Below are positions 49,812 through 61,686 of a DNA stretch of 64,000 nt, piece by piece. The translations under genes were made by a program, and so were the position numbers. Below the pieces are notes generated by a model. That model made no database searches. It was not told the DNA's origin and saw nothing but the letters and a program-made list of their open reading frames with translations. Within the stretch, counting starts at the first letter, position 1. The number at the start of each line of letters is the position of its first letter. The DNA is from Bilabrum cf. latius (Eukaryota), in the NCBI GenBank assembly GCA_965178125.1, contig OZ237755.1:868001-932000 (forward strand), in the 5' to 3' direction.

Positions 49812-51980
49812 TCACAGACGTCCCTCGCTCGATGAAGATGGAAATGAAGGCAGGGTGGAATTGCGCTCGTCCTGCGCCTTCACAGAGGCAGGGCGCGCCC
49901 TGTTACCTCCTCCTCCTCCTTCTTGTCCTTTCCGTCGCTGCCGCTGGCCGAGGCCTCGCTCCTGCACCTCCCTTTGCATGGGCAGCCGGCCCGCCCACAG
50001 CATGCCTTCCAGCCACGCGATTGCACGCGCGCCCGCGTCCACGGCATGCGATGGCACGCCGAGCGCACGCTCGCAGTACCACAAAAGGTCTGCTGGGGCC
50101 GGCGCGCTGACCTGCGCGCGCACCACGCCGTTCTTTCCCGCGCGGACCTTGGCCTGAAGCCACTTGGCGGTGCGGCCGGGCAGCCGGGAGGCCTCTTCCT
50201 CCTTCGTCTCGTCCTCCTCTTGATCCCTACCCCCGGCAGCGTGTTTCTGCCTTTTCTCTTCGTTGATCTCCTTGGAAACGCGCCGAGCCGCCCTCGAGGC
50301 AGCCCGTCCCTCCCTCTCCGCTGCCTGCGACACCCAGTCAGCAGGCCTAGAAGGCCCCGATGCCCTTACCACGGCAGAGTGCATCATGCACCGAGAGGCC
50401 CCGAGCCCGGCACTTACCCAATCGTCGGCGCCTACCGGCGGCAGGCCCGTGTGCGGGTCTCGCTTCAATTTCTCCTCGATTCCGTCGACAGTCTCCTCCA
50501 CCCCTTCCAGTCCAGGGAACAAGAAGGGACTGGGGCCCACGGGAGGGTGTCCCGCGGCTGCAGCGTGCACTCCAGTGACAAGCGGCGCGATGGCGCGCTG
50601 CGGCATGGACGTATGCACAGCCACCATGCCCGTGCTGGGCCTCGGATATCCCGACTGGAACTTGGGCGCATCTGCCTCTGGCTTGAGCACGTCCTGGCTC
50701 AGCAGCAAGGGCAGCACCAGGGAGCAGCCGGGCGGCATGGCCCTGTGCCTCGGACATGCAGTCAGAGTCACGGCCGGCCTCTCGGGCTGCACGAACTCTG
50801 GCCCCTCCCAGTCGGCATCGTGCCTCTTCGCCAGCAACTGCTCGCGCGTGAAGCCGGCATGTCGGCAGAGCAGCACAGCCTTGGCCAGCTGGTGCTTGTT
50901 GGCGTCGTACTCCTCCTCCTTCTCCTGTTCGGCGGGCACGCGCCGTGCAGCCGACCCTGCCCCCCCACCGCTGGAGAACTGCGCCATCTCATGCGCCAGA
51001 TCCAGTCCCATGGACTCCGCCATGGCCTGCAGCTGGCGAGGCCAGGGCCCGCCCGCTGCGTGCACTGCATTCGCAGCCTCCTGCTGCAGCGAGCTGGCCA
51101 GGAGGGCGCCTAGGGCAGCCTCTCGCTCGGTGAGAGGGGCGCCCGCTGGCGGCCCCAACGTACCCAGGCCCGACCGGCCAAGCCAGGGAGAGGCCCGTTG
51201 CGACTTCGACGGGCTCGTTTGTCCCATCTGCACCGCCTCTGACGCTGCCTCGATCCACTCGGCAACCTGGGCCGCAGGCAGAACGACTGAGCATTCCGTT
51301 GCCGAAGCAACCTTTCCCCGAAGCGCGCCCTTTACGCCAAACTGGTCAGCGTGCAGCGCCCGCACCTTTTTCAGAGCATTCCTCTTCAAGTGGCTTATCT
51401 GGAACGGTATGTCGGTCGGATTCTCGAGCACAGGCCGCTTCAAAGCCACTCCTTGCTTGTCAAGGCGTCGCTACACCTCGAATGCAACCGAAACCAGCGC
51501 TCTATCTAGTGCTGCGTCAGTTTCTGCTAAATTTTGCAGCGGAGTTGCAACTACGGCTGGTTCCTCCATAGCATCCCATGGGGTTGGAGAGAACCAGTTT
51601 GGCTGCCCCACGACGTCAATACTCCGCTGATATGGGAAGGTGGCTACCATCCACCATTGCTCCTCCGAAAATACCTGGCCCGTTGGTTGGCCACCTGAGT
51701 TTGATTGATGCCTGGCGTACCGAGCCAAGAACGCCCGATTGAATACGCTTGAGGCCCCAGACACGCCAATCGGAAGCGTCCTATTGCTGCCCGCCCTGTC
51801 GGCAGGTACAAGCTCGGATGCAATCAAAGAGCCAGCTAGTGATGCACTCTACTTGATTGGGTACGTTTCATCTGCTGTCAGCGCCACGCCTGCCGGCTTA
51901 TTTAGGATACAGAACGCCTGCCTAGCCAGCAGCAAGCTCTTGCTTGCAACCTTCCTCGGAAAGCTTGGCAAGAGCGGCAT
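49812..51980 (-). CDS. Divergent RluA/RPUSD-family pseudouridine-synthase-like protein
   Basis: ATG 51980 to TGA 49812 with two TAG. Ordered motif remnants FCILNKPAGV, NRTLPIGVSG, GKVASATECSVV, GHPPVG, CMMHSAVV, VSAPAPADL. Confidence 0.6.
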
Positions 51981-52219
51981 TCACCAGCAACCCGAGCAAC
52001 CCGACAGCCGGAGTCGATCTTGTTGCTCATGCAAGCTGGAGACGAACCATTGTTTCCTCAAAATGTGTGCCCTAAGTTGTTGCGCATTGTGGTGGATCGG
52101 ATCGTCGTCCGGTTTGAAAAGCAGTTGCGAGCACTTCCGCGAAGCAAGCATACGCGATAACCGCACTAGCATACAGCATGACCGGCATCCGTAGTAGGCA
52201 AAGCAATGCCAACGCGAAA

Positions 52220-55111
52220 TCATTCAACCCTTGCCTGCTTTACTGCAGGCTCCGTATCTTCCTGCTCGTCGGGATTCATGGCAGCCCCGAGGTCTGGGAC
52301 GAGGATCGGCAGCTCTTCCCACCGAGGGGAGCCCTGCAGCTCGCAGCCCCCGCCACTCGTTGTGCCGCGGCCTGCTTGTTCCCTCGACCGCTTCATCCCA
52401 GCGCGCTCAGTCGCATGCAGCGGTAAGGGGGTCTTCACCCCATTGCCGCCCACCCCGCTGTCCTCCAGCTGGTGACCCGCCATGGCGCGCAGTGACTGCT
52501 GCTGGATGGGCTCGGCCACCCCGCAGTGCCCCTGGTCCACGCGCAGCCCAGCCGTCAGTAGGGGCAGCTGCTGGTGATCTGCCTCCTTCCAGTTCCTCCC
52601 GAGCGCCTGCAGCTCGCCGGGCAGGCCAGCCGCAGACACGTCCGCCACTCTATTGCTCCTGCTCCTTCCCCTCCTCGCCGCCCGGGCCTCCCCGACCGTC
52701 CCGCTGTCGAACCGGAAGGGCTCCTTGTCCAGCGCGTCGCGCGCGAGCCCGGTGACCGTGGGCATGCCCCCATCCTCCTCGCTGCTGCCGCCGCTCTCGC
52801 TCTCCATTCCTGCAGCCAGCAGCAGGTCCTCAGCACCATCCGCCTCCATGGATCGCTGCAGACGCTGCTCAGTCATGGACTGCGGCCCCAGCGGGAATCC
52901 ACCACGGCCACCGCAGCAGCTGCTGCTGGTCGTTGCTGCTCCACACACTGGCTCCATCTGCTCGGGCATCAGGCGGATGAAGGGGCCGTCTGGTAGGCAA
53001 TCTTGCCTGTCGGCGGCCCTCACCTCACTGTCGCTGCTTTGTCCCCGTCCGTCAACGGCAGCAGGTGCAGGCTCGAAGATGCCCCCAGCGGACCCGGCGA
53101 TAGGCATGTCTGCCTGCCGCAGCAGCTCCGTGATCCCCCCTTCTTCGTCTTCGTCCTCTGCATAGCCCATGCCCAGCTCCGCGCAATCCTCCTCGTCCCC
53201 ATTGAGGACCAAACCCACGCCCATCCCCAGGGAGGACGAGGAACGCTCGCCGTCTGGTCCATACAGCGACGTGGACGGGGGCGGTGAAGAGGGAGACAGC
53301 GCGGGAGAGCTGCCGCCGTGTTCCCCAGCTATAGGCCCAACGGCAGCCTCAGCAGCGGCATACATCCGAGCGCTAGCGGGCTCGTTGCCGGGAGGAGCAG
53401 CCAGCGGCGCGGGCTCACCCTCCAGAGCCTCTCCGCCCCCCTGCATGGCTCGCATCGCAACCATGGAGCGGGACATGGGGCGACCAGCCATCGCTGTGAC
53501 CTCTGCCGCCAGCTTCTGCTGTTCCCTGGCGTGTTCCCGGATGGCGAACTCTGCCTGCATGCACTGCCGCGGGGACATGGGCCTGTGCTCACCCGCTGCC
53601 TGCTGCTCGGGCTGCACCACCGCGGGCACGGGGCCACCCTTCGACTGCCGCTGGATTGAGAAGCTCGATGCAACGTCGTACTGAGAAGCGGTGCCCCCTG
53701 CAGACGACGAGGCGGAGGAAGACGAGGAGTGAGCGTGCGTGGCCCGCGAGCAGCCGCTGTTGGCCCCGGCCCCATCTGGTGCGAGCTGGAACGATACGAT
53801 GGATTGGGCAAGTCCCTGCCGCTCACTGCCCTGCCCCGATCCTGACAGCTGGGCCCCTGCAACACCGGTGCCCCCTCGCGCTTGCTGCTCTATCTTCATC
53901 TTCGCGGCCTCCTCGTGTGCCGCCCAGCGCGACCGGCTGCAACCGCCCATACCGCCTCGGTTGCTGCTGCTGCTGCTGCTGATCGACGAGCCCCGAGCAG
54001 TGCGGCGCCCAGCCATGGTCAGGGCACGGGTGGTGGTCGATGATACAGACCCGGAATCATTTCTAGCCGTGTCGCGAGCACCTCCGATGGCGGCCTGTCT
54101 GCCTCCGGAGGCCTGTGGGCGAGTGCCGGGCGGAAAGATGATGCCTCCCGCGGCGCTCTGGGGGCCCGTCGCGGGCACGCCGGTGGCACTCGCAGGGGTG
54201 GGATCTGCCGCGAGTGTCGCCGCCACAGCCGCGGATGGCTCCCCGAAGGACGCCTGAAACGGCGCGGGGATGCCGCTGGCAGCGCTGAGGACACCCTGGA
54301 TGGCGGCAGCAACAGACTGCCGGGCCAGGGTGGGATCCTGCGATGGAACATGCTCGGATAAGGCGATGGATTTCCCGGCAGCTCGGAGGGCGGTAGGGCG
54401 GAGCTGCTTCAGCGCCTGGGGGTCCACGAGAGCGCCCGCCAAGAGGCAGTCGCCTGCAGGCAGGGCCCCCCTGAGGACCGCCTGCCTTGCCTTGCGAGTG
54501 AGTTCCTGCTAGTGCGCGGCCATGCTCTCTGCTTTGCCGGTCTGTGCGCTGGGAGGCTGCACGTGCTGAGCCACGGCCTCTGCAAATCGAGGGACGAGCA
54601 CGTCGTGGAGAGCACCGCCCGGCGCGCCAGCCCCTCGCTGCACGGCGACGGCAATGACCGCACGCAGAATGTCTCGCTCCGCGGAGAGAGCGGCTACTTG
54701 GGCCTAAAGACCGTCTACAAACGCCTTTTGCCGCTCTCGGTGCAGTTGCGCGGACATTCGGTTGCGCATCAGCCTGCGATGGGTGACAGATCAGCACCCA
54801 CGTGTATCTAGATCCGGCAGAAATTCGCCCGCAACTCATTACCAGCGACTACCAGCAGCTTCGTGGCTTCCAAATACACACAAATCTACATCATTCATTC
54901 AAATAGCGCGCTGGATACTTTCATTTCATCTCCATGGGGACAAGACCCTAGCCGAAATTTGGGAAAGACATAGAAAGTCTGAGGGGCACCCAACCGAGTC
55001 GTTCCTTTCTCACCTTCTTTCCTTCTTACTTTCGCTGCCATTCGTACTTGTTTTGGTAGAATGAACGGCCTCAGATCGGCGATATCGATGTCGAGCTCTA
55101 GATTCCATCAT
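52220..55111 (-). CDS. bZIP transcription factor with long low-complexity C-terminus (intron 54774-55013)
   Basis: Splicing GTGAG..CGCAG gives KKERRLMRNRMSAQLHRERQKAFVDGL(Q)AQVAALSAERDIL, a basic region plus leucine zipper; ends in TGA. Confidence 0.85.
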
Positions 55112-55556
55112 CTGCAAGGTGGGAAGTCAGGCGTCGATGTGGCAATGACGTGCTCCCATTCGCTTCTCTAAACATCAATTCAGAAGATTTTTTGGCCCTA
55201 CAAAGCGTTTGAAGATACATTTATCCATATCGGAGGGAAAACCTGTCACTATGTCTGTTCATTCATGGTAGTTTGGCGCTGACGCTTCAGGAGACGGCCG
55301 CATCACCTCGGGGTTGGGATCGCAAAAAAACTGAAAATTTTACTACATTCTTGCTGAAAATATTCTTTTTAAAATAACAACTTACGAATAAATGTCAAAA
55401 TTAGGCAAAATATCTGTCTACTGACGAAAGAAGGGCCAATTTTACCCGCACGGCTGCGCTCGCGTGCTGGATTGCCGGAATCCGTATTAAAAATTTAATC
55501 AGTGCAGTTTCAAAACACCTGGATATTCGTAATTCGCTCAGTAACTATTGAGGATC

Positions 55557-56297
55557 ATGGTTTACACGCAGATGTGCTTATTAGGCCTCGTATGCTTGAT
55601 GGTGATCACACGATCCGCAAGCGATCATGGGTTGGTGGACCTTGAGGACGCCGCAAAGACCATCCAGAGAGATCTGAGCCAGTTTAAGCTATTGGTGCAG
55701 CGAAATAAGCTAGATGAGGGAAAGAAGGCGCTTAAGAGCCTCATCGAGGCAGTTTCTAACCTTGAAGAGTATGTTGTAGACCCGTCGTAGCGTCGAAAAT
55801 AGTTGAAGGACAAATCTAAGTCGGTCGAGTTCGACACGGGGGCTCGCTGGAGCTTGGAGACAACGCATCACCCAAAGAAGTGTTCGCGCCGTGCATTACC
55901 AGGCCATAGAGTTAAGGTTCATTTCGTCATGAAGCTTCTTGGGAACAACAGGATCGCGGATTCGTCGTTTAAGACTGGCTCGATGCCGCGCCGTTTCGTG
56001 CTCGAGTCTGACGAAGCTCCGCCTGCATGGTCCCGGGCACTCCGGGGCGCTTGCGTGGGCGAACGACGCACGGCAATTGTTCCATGGAAGCTCGGATATG
56101 GGCCAGCTGGGGAGGCGAGCGTGGGTGTACCGCCTCGCGCTGACCTCAAGCTCATCTTCGAGGTGGTAGATGTGGGGTCCAAGCCGGTCCCGGGGTTCGA
56201 ACCAGCTGCGGCAACCGCGGAAAGTAGTGAAGAGACTGATACAGACTTGGGTAGTTCTGATGGCGAAGAAGAAGGGGGGCTGAGTGAGGAGCTGTGA
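55557..56297 (+). CDS. ER-type FKBP peptidyl-prolyl isomerase
   Basis: Signal peptide; two TAG at 55788 and 55800; FKBP domain CSRRALPGHRVKVHF...GACVGERRTAIVPWKLGYG...VPPRADLKLIFEV; C-terminal SEEL then TGA. Confidence 0.85.
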
Positions 56298-56767
56298 TGG
56301 TGCCGAGATTGGCTGCCCTCGCCTGCTCTAGGGATGGTATTGGATGGGTTGGGTTAGGTGCATTGCGGTCATGAGTGCTTGCAAACGGTGCTTTCAACCA
56401 AATGCTCTCTGTCTTGGCGCCCTGTCACCTATCTCCTGCTCAAAATCCATCCGTGCGGGCCGAAACTACAGCAGATGCCAGAATTACATTGCCATGAGCC
56501 ATGATGCCCAACCACACGAGAGCCCAAGCTTCCCACTGTGTATCCAACTTATGGCTGTCTATTTAGACCACCTGCGGCGCTACGTGCTGCCTCCAAATGC
56601 CGCTATGCGAGACACGGGTTTGTCACCAATCCTAGTCACGCACAGGCCCACAGTGACCCTGTATTCGCTGAGTAGTTCTCCGTTGCTAGACAATAATAAA
56701 GATATGCCCTCCGTGCGCCTGATTGTTCCAGGCTGCCGACTTGGCATGGCATGATGGCATCAATCAC

Positions 56768-57178
56768 TCAGTCATCGTCGTCGTCTTCGTCAAGTGGCTT
56801 CGGCAGGGGCTTTATCTCCAACGGCTCATCTCCAATATCTTCCATAATTTTCTGTAGTGGTAGTTTGACGATATCACGCTGGTTCAGTGCGTATGTAGAT
56901 GTCAAGGACGCTAATTTTGGTCACAGAAGTGCTTACTTTTCTTTCCTCCTCCAGCTAGAACTGTCTCTGGCTCTGATTCTTCGTACGCTGGTCAATTTTT
57001 TCATATTTTAGTGACATTGTCTGTGGCATATCTGGTATGGCAAACAAATTCAGGCTCGATTGGCTGGGAGGTAGTCGTCGACGCCCTCAATGACCTTGGC
57101 ACTTACTGAGCTCAAGCCGTACAGTCCAGCCACGCACAACACAAAGACAGGGACTCCTCGTCGAAGCAGGGCAGACAT
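56768..57178 (-). CDS. COX16: Cytochrome c oxidase assembly factor COX16 (exons 57107-57178, 56937-57020, 56768-56851)
   Basis: Two phase-0 GTAAG..CAG introns (86 and 85 nt). Protein MSALLRRGVPVFVLCVAGLYGLSSTMSLKYEKIDQRTKNQSQRQF(Q)LEEERKKIMEDIGDEPLEIKPLPKPLDEDDDDD then TGA. Confidence 0.75.
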
Positions 57179-57678
57179 TTTTCCTCAACGCTCTGTCGTC
57201 AGGTCAATGACTTATTGGCAGATTGCTGCACATGGTACGGCAGCTGCAGCGCACTGCCTTTCGTCCGCACGGCTCCTCAGGACCGGACCATGCCCCTGTT
57301 CGTCGGCTGAATCCGGCTGGCTGTCACGTGGCAGTTGAAGGGAATGCGGACAGCCTGGTCACCAGTCCAGTCGAGGTCGTCCCACCTGCCACCTACCTCC
57401 CCCTGCACCTGCACCTGCCTGCAGCACGCTTTGACGCGATGCTGTCGGCGTCCATGCGCAGTTGTCACACAAAGCGCGCGATTCAGGACCTTCACACGAA
57501 AATAAGCTCCCAAGTGCAGAGAGGGGGGAGGGGGGCGCCCTCCAGCAGACCCCAAGACTATGGCAGAAGTCCAATCCCGGCTATCCACCACGACAGCCGC
57601 ACCGTGTCGACTCGGAGCGATATCAGGCGACTCTCTGTCCGGCGCACAACCTGCTAGGATTCTACAGTAGGTAGTGTT

Positions 57679-58373
57679 TCAAACCCCGCCGCCGCTTGCT
57701 CCCGAAGCTGCCGCGCCCGTAGCTCCCTTTCCAAAGCCCCGACCTCCAACAGCTGCAGGCATCATGGAGCTGCCGGATGGCTGAGCGAGCTCGATGCGAG
57801 CCCCAGATCCGGTGGAAACTTCGAAGGCGCTGTCACGCTTGCGCCGCTACTCGCGTGTAGCGACCACGGCGGCACGCTCTGTAGCCCTGTGTTCTCGCAT
57901 CTGTTTCGCGTACGCTGCAAGCTCGTACAGAAGCGGCACGGGTCGGCCGTCCGAGCACTCCAGCCGAACGTCTGTACCAGCTTTTTCGCCAAGCCCGCAT
58001 TCAAATGCGGCCAAACGCCTTCTCATCCTGTGTTCGCTATTGATGCCAGATTCTTCCGTAAATACGCTGAGAGATGCTTCCATCCCATTGAACTCCAGGT
58101 ATTCCCGAATCAGTTCGTTCAACAGCGTGTTCATGGGGTGCTAGTCCGGTTTCATAGAACTCTGCACAATAAGATGGCATAATAAGTTTGTTGGGCGTCG
58201 TGGCAGAAACGTTCACAGTATTTTCTAGAGCTGAAATGCATTCACATTCAAAACAGACAACGTACATGATCTGCTAATGCAGAGAGTGCCGCTGCTCTCG
58301 CGCCCGCACGAAGATGTCCCATGGCTCCGTTTCGCTCTAATGCTTCGCTAAGCTCTGTTTGGAGGTCTTCCAT
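57679..58373 (-). CDS. FOPNL: FOP/LisH-domain centriolar protein FOPNL/FOR20 (intron 58162-58265)
   Basis: MEDLQTELSEALERNGAMGHLRAGARAA... spliced via GTACG..TGCAG to NTLLNELIREYLEFNGMEASLSVFTEESG...PLLYEL; ends in TGA. Confidence 0.8.
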
Positions 58374-58703
58374 CCGACTAGACCCTGTTGTGTGGTCCGA
58401 TGCCAAACTCGAATGAACGAACCTTCTTTGTCGGTGATGAGGTGTCGGCTTCGGGCACCCTCGAGGTGGTGAAAGTTTGACCTGATCAACACAGCCATGA
58501 CAATACGCGGAGCTTCAAGCTTCCGCGCATCGTCTCGAGGCAAGGCGCGCAATCTCAGCCGCCGACTGCCCGTGGTACGCCGCCTTCTTCCAGGTATTTG
58601 CGCTCGTTACATGCATGCAAGTGGGTAGATCGCCTTTTGCACGGGTTCCATAAGCATGCGACTCTATGGTGCTAGCCTGCACACCGCCTGACTCCCAATA
58701 CAA

Positions 58704-59141
58704 TCACTTGCCGACTCGCAAGCCGAGAGATTTCGCAGATGCCATCACAGTCCTGACCACGCTTCGCAGCGGAATTGCCCGCATCGTCGGATCCCACTAC
58801 TACTTTGACTTTGCAATTTCGTACACTGCTTTGATACTGACGTCCCCAACGACGTCGTGCCCAGGGCGCTGCGACCCCTTCGTGATCCCTGTCACTCGCT
58901 TCAGGTACCAGGACGAAGGCGGCGGGAGCACGTCGAAATCGAATGTCCTGTCATCGAATGCCCTAAGTTTTACTCGCATCACTGCACTTTCCTTCAGCTC
59001 CGTGGTGCGCGCGTTGAACTGCTTACAAAACTCCATCATGTTGACGCCGAGAGGGCCAAGCGCCTAGCCAATCGCAGGCGATGGCTTTGCTACCCCAGCA
59101 TTGACAAGAAGCCTTGCAGTTCCCTTGACTACCTGTGCCAT
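58704..59141 (-). CDS. MRPL11: Mitochondrial ribosomal protein uL11m
   Basis: AKPSPAIG(TAG=Q)ALGPLGVNMMEFCKQFNART...YEIAKSK(Q)(Q)WDP...MASAKSLGLRV; ends in TGA. Confidence 0.95.
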
Positions 59142-59270
59142 GATTCTCTCGTTTTGGTTTGTGCGTTGTCCCGCCGCGAAAGTTTGTGGTTGTCTTGCCG
59201 CCGGTCTTATTCCGGTTTTGGTTCCAGGTTCCACTCTACTTTTTGGCAGTGTGATCACGTTCTGCACGAA
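59142..59270. promoter_or_regulatory. Probable compact bidirectional promoter between MRPL11 and TFIIE-alpha
   Basis: Divergent start codons at 59141 (-) and 59271 (+) are separated by 129 bp. Confidence 0.5.
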
Positions 59271-61202
59271 ATGTCTGCGGTGCACCCGGATCGAACACAG
59301 GTCGTACAGACTTCTTCAGATGCCGTTCTGCGCAAAGGGAGGGAGGATGCAATGGAGCTGCTGGAGTTACATCCAAAAGTTGCAGAGCTGGCCAGGCTTG
59401 TCGGAAGGATGTTCTACAGAGACGAGCACGTAGTGCTAATTGATTTGCTTACATAGCCCCATGGAAATGATGCCAATGGCTCCGGTGGTTCTTTGCCGTT
59501 TCTGCGGGAAGATCAGCTCAGCGCAGTCATGGGCCTGCCGCAAAAGCAGACCAAGGCTATATTGGAGGACCTGGTTCGAGACGGCATTGTCGCAGTTGAA
59601 ATTGGCGTTATAGAAAAAGCGAGCACAGAGGAGCGAAGGGCCGCTCGCATCCGCGCTGCAGCCGCGGCTCAAGCTGGCGAGACCGTGGCGATGAAGCTGT
59701 CGGCCGACGAAGCCCGTCGACGAGCAGGCAGGTTAACTTTGGCAGAAGCGCAGGCAGCAGCTGCTCGAGACAAGGAACTAGCCAGGCGAGAGGGCTCCGC
59801 CCGGCCCTCAAAGAGCGGCGTCTCACTCGACGACGCCGACGCAGCGAGCGCCAACCAGGAGAAGACCAACTGCTACTACATCGACCCGCTGGCGCTGGTA
59901 GAGAACACCCGGCTCAGGCTCGCGCTCATGAGCAAGGTCATCGCAGGGTTAGAGAGGAACCAGTCTAAGCGCGAGCAGCTGCAGTGCGATACACCCGGGT
60001 GCAGGTCGAGGTACACGCTGCTGCAGGCCCTCCGCGGTAGGCAGTCGGCCGCGGGTGCTGCAGGTGCAGGAACCGGCAGCAGCAGCAGCAGCAGCAGCGT
60101 ATCTGGGGGCCATCGGCAGCAGCTGACGTGCCATAAGTGCGGCGCCCCGCTGCGGGACATTGATGGGGAAGAATCCCGCACGGCAGGCGCCATGGCAGCA
60201 ATGATGTCCGACAGGTGGCAGCTGCAGCAGCAGCCTCTGCAGCGGGTCCTAGCCAAGCTGCAACGAGTGAAGCTGCCGAGGAGAAAACCGTCCTATTTCA
60301 TCCGATAGGGCGTGGTGTCACTGCGTGCAGCTAGGGCACAAGACGCGGCAGGCGGGGCGGGTGGTGGGGCGTCTTCGGGTGCCGGTGGGGGGTACGGGGG
60401 GGGCGGCACTTTGGCAGGGGGTGTGTACTCGAGGACGGCTTCGTCTCGGGTGCAGGTGGTCATGGATGAGGGGGGTGGAAACGATGGGGGAAGTGGTGGT
60501 GCGGCAGACGGTGGAGCAGGTCTTTTTGTGCTGGATGAGGACGGGGACAGGATGGATGGGATCGGGGGGGGCATGGGTATGGGGATGGGAATGGGAGGGG
60601 ACGACTGGGGCGCCGCGGAGGATGCAGCTATGTCGCTTGGTGGAGGAGGGATGCGGGCTGCGAAGCGATCTCGGGTAGATGCTGCTCCCGGCGCGGGTGA
60701 GGCTGGAGACAGGGCTGGGAATGGTGCGGGCTCTGGGGCTGCCGGCCTGTCCCACCTGACGCGCTCCAGCATCACCGGCAAGGACACGCACGTGATGGGC
60801 ATGCTCAGCGCGCAGGAAAGCGGGGCAGTACTGGGTAAAGGAGCAAAAGATTAGTCAGGGAACAACTAGTAGGCGGTTGCAGCTGTGTGGAACGACCTCA
60901 AAGGCATGCTGGGAGGAGACAGCGACAGCGACGATGATAGCGACGATGATGGTGACGAAAGCACGAGTGACAGCGCGGCAGGCCAGAGCGCGACAGGGAA
61001 AACAGGTGCAGCTGGCCATCCCGTGCACGGCGATGCCTCGAGCGGGACAGCGGATGGCGAGGCTGGCATGCAGGGGCCCGCCGAGAAGTCGGGTGAAGGT
61101 GGCAGTGGCGAGGCAGGTCGGGGGGAAGGGGAAGGGGAAGGGGAAGAGGGAGAGGGAGAGGGAGAGGAGGATAGCTGGAGTGACGCAGAGAGTGCGGAGT
61201 GA
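59271..61202 (+). CDS. GTF2E1: Transcription initiation factor TFIIE alpha subunit
   Basis: LARLVGRMFYRDEHVVLIDLL, LREDQLSAVMGLPQKQTKAILEDL, YYIDP, zinc ribbon CDTPGC...CHKC, acidic tail. One frame with 5 TAG; ends in TGA. Confidence 0.85.
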
Positions 61203-61686
61203 TCAGACCTCTGGCTGCATGGCTGGGCTCCCTGGGGTGAGAGTCGATTCCTCGACGGGTGTTTTGGTCCTGCCAGTGGTCGTTTGCAGCTTGTCGGGTG
61301 GGTGCACTGCATTGTGTGTATTGGGGTGGACCAAAAGAGGAACGACCGACTTGTCTCAGTCACTACTGGCAGTGGGGTGGATCCAGGTTCGTGGTGCCAG
61401 TGCGAATCGTGCAGCGCAGGGCATTCCAAGTGGAGGGGCGAGCAGCGGTGAGCGACTTATTTGCGTCGACCCGAGCGGGAGATGAGCCGGTGGGACTGTT
61501 ATTTGGCGGTTATCGATGGGGAGATACATCAGGAGGTTGAGATTGGTGTCCAAAGTGGCTCTCATGGCCACCGCCACTGGCAACTGGCCGAAAGGAAGGA
61601 CCACCTGGCAGTAAGGTGGAAGATTCGGAGCCCCGTTCTTCCGGACCATCCAGACAGGCTTGCCACAATCACGGGACAGTTTTGGT

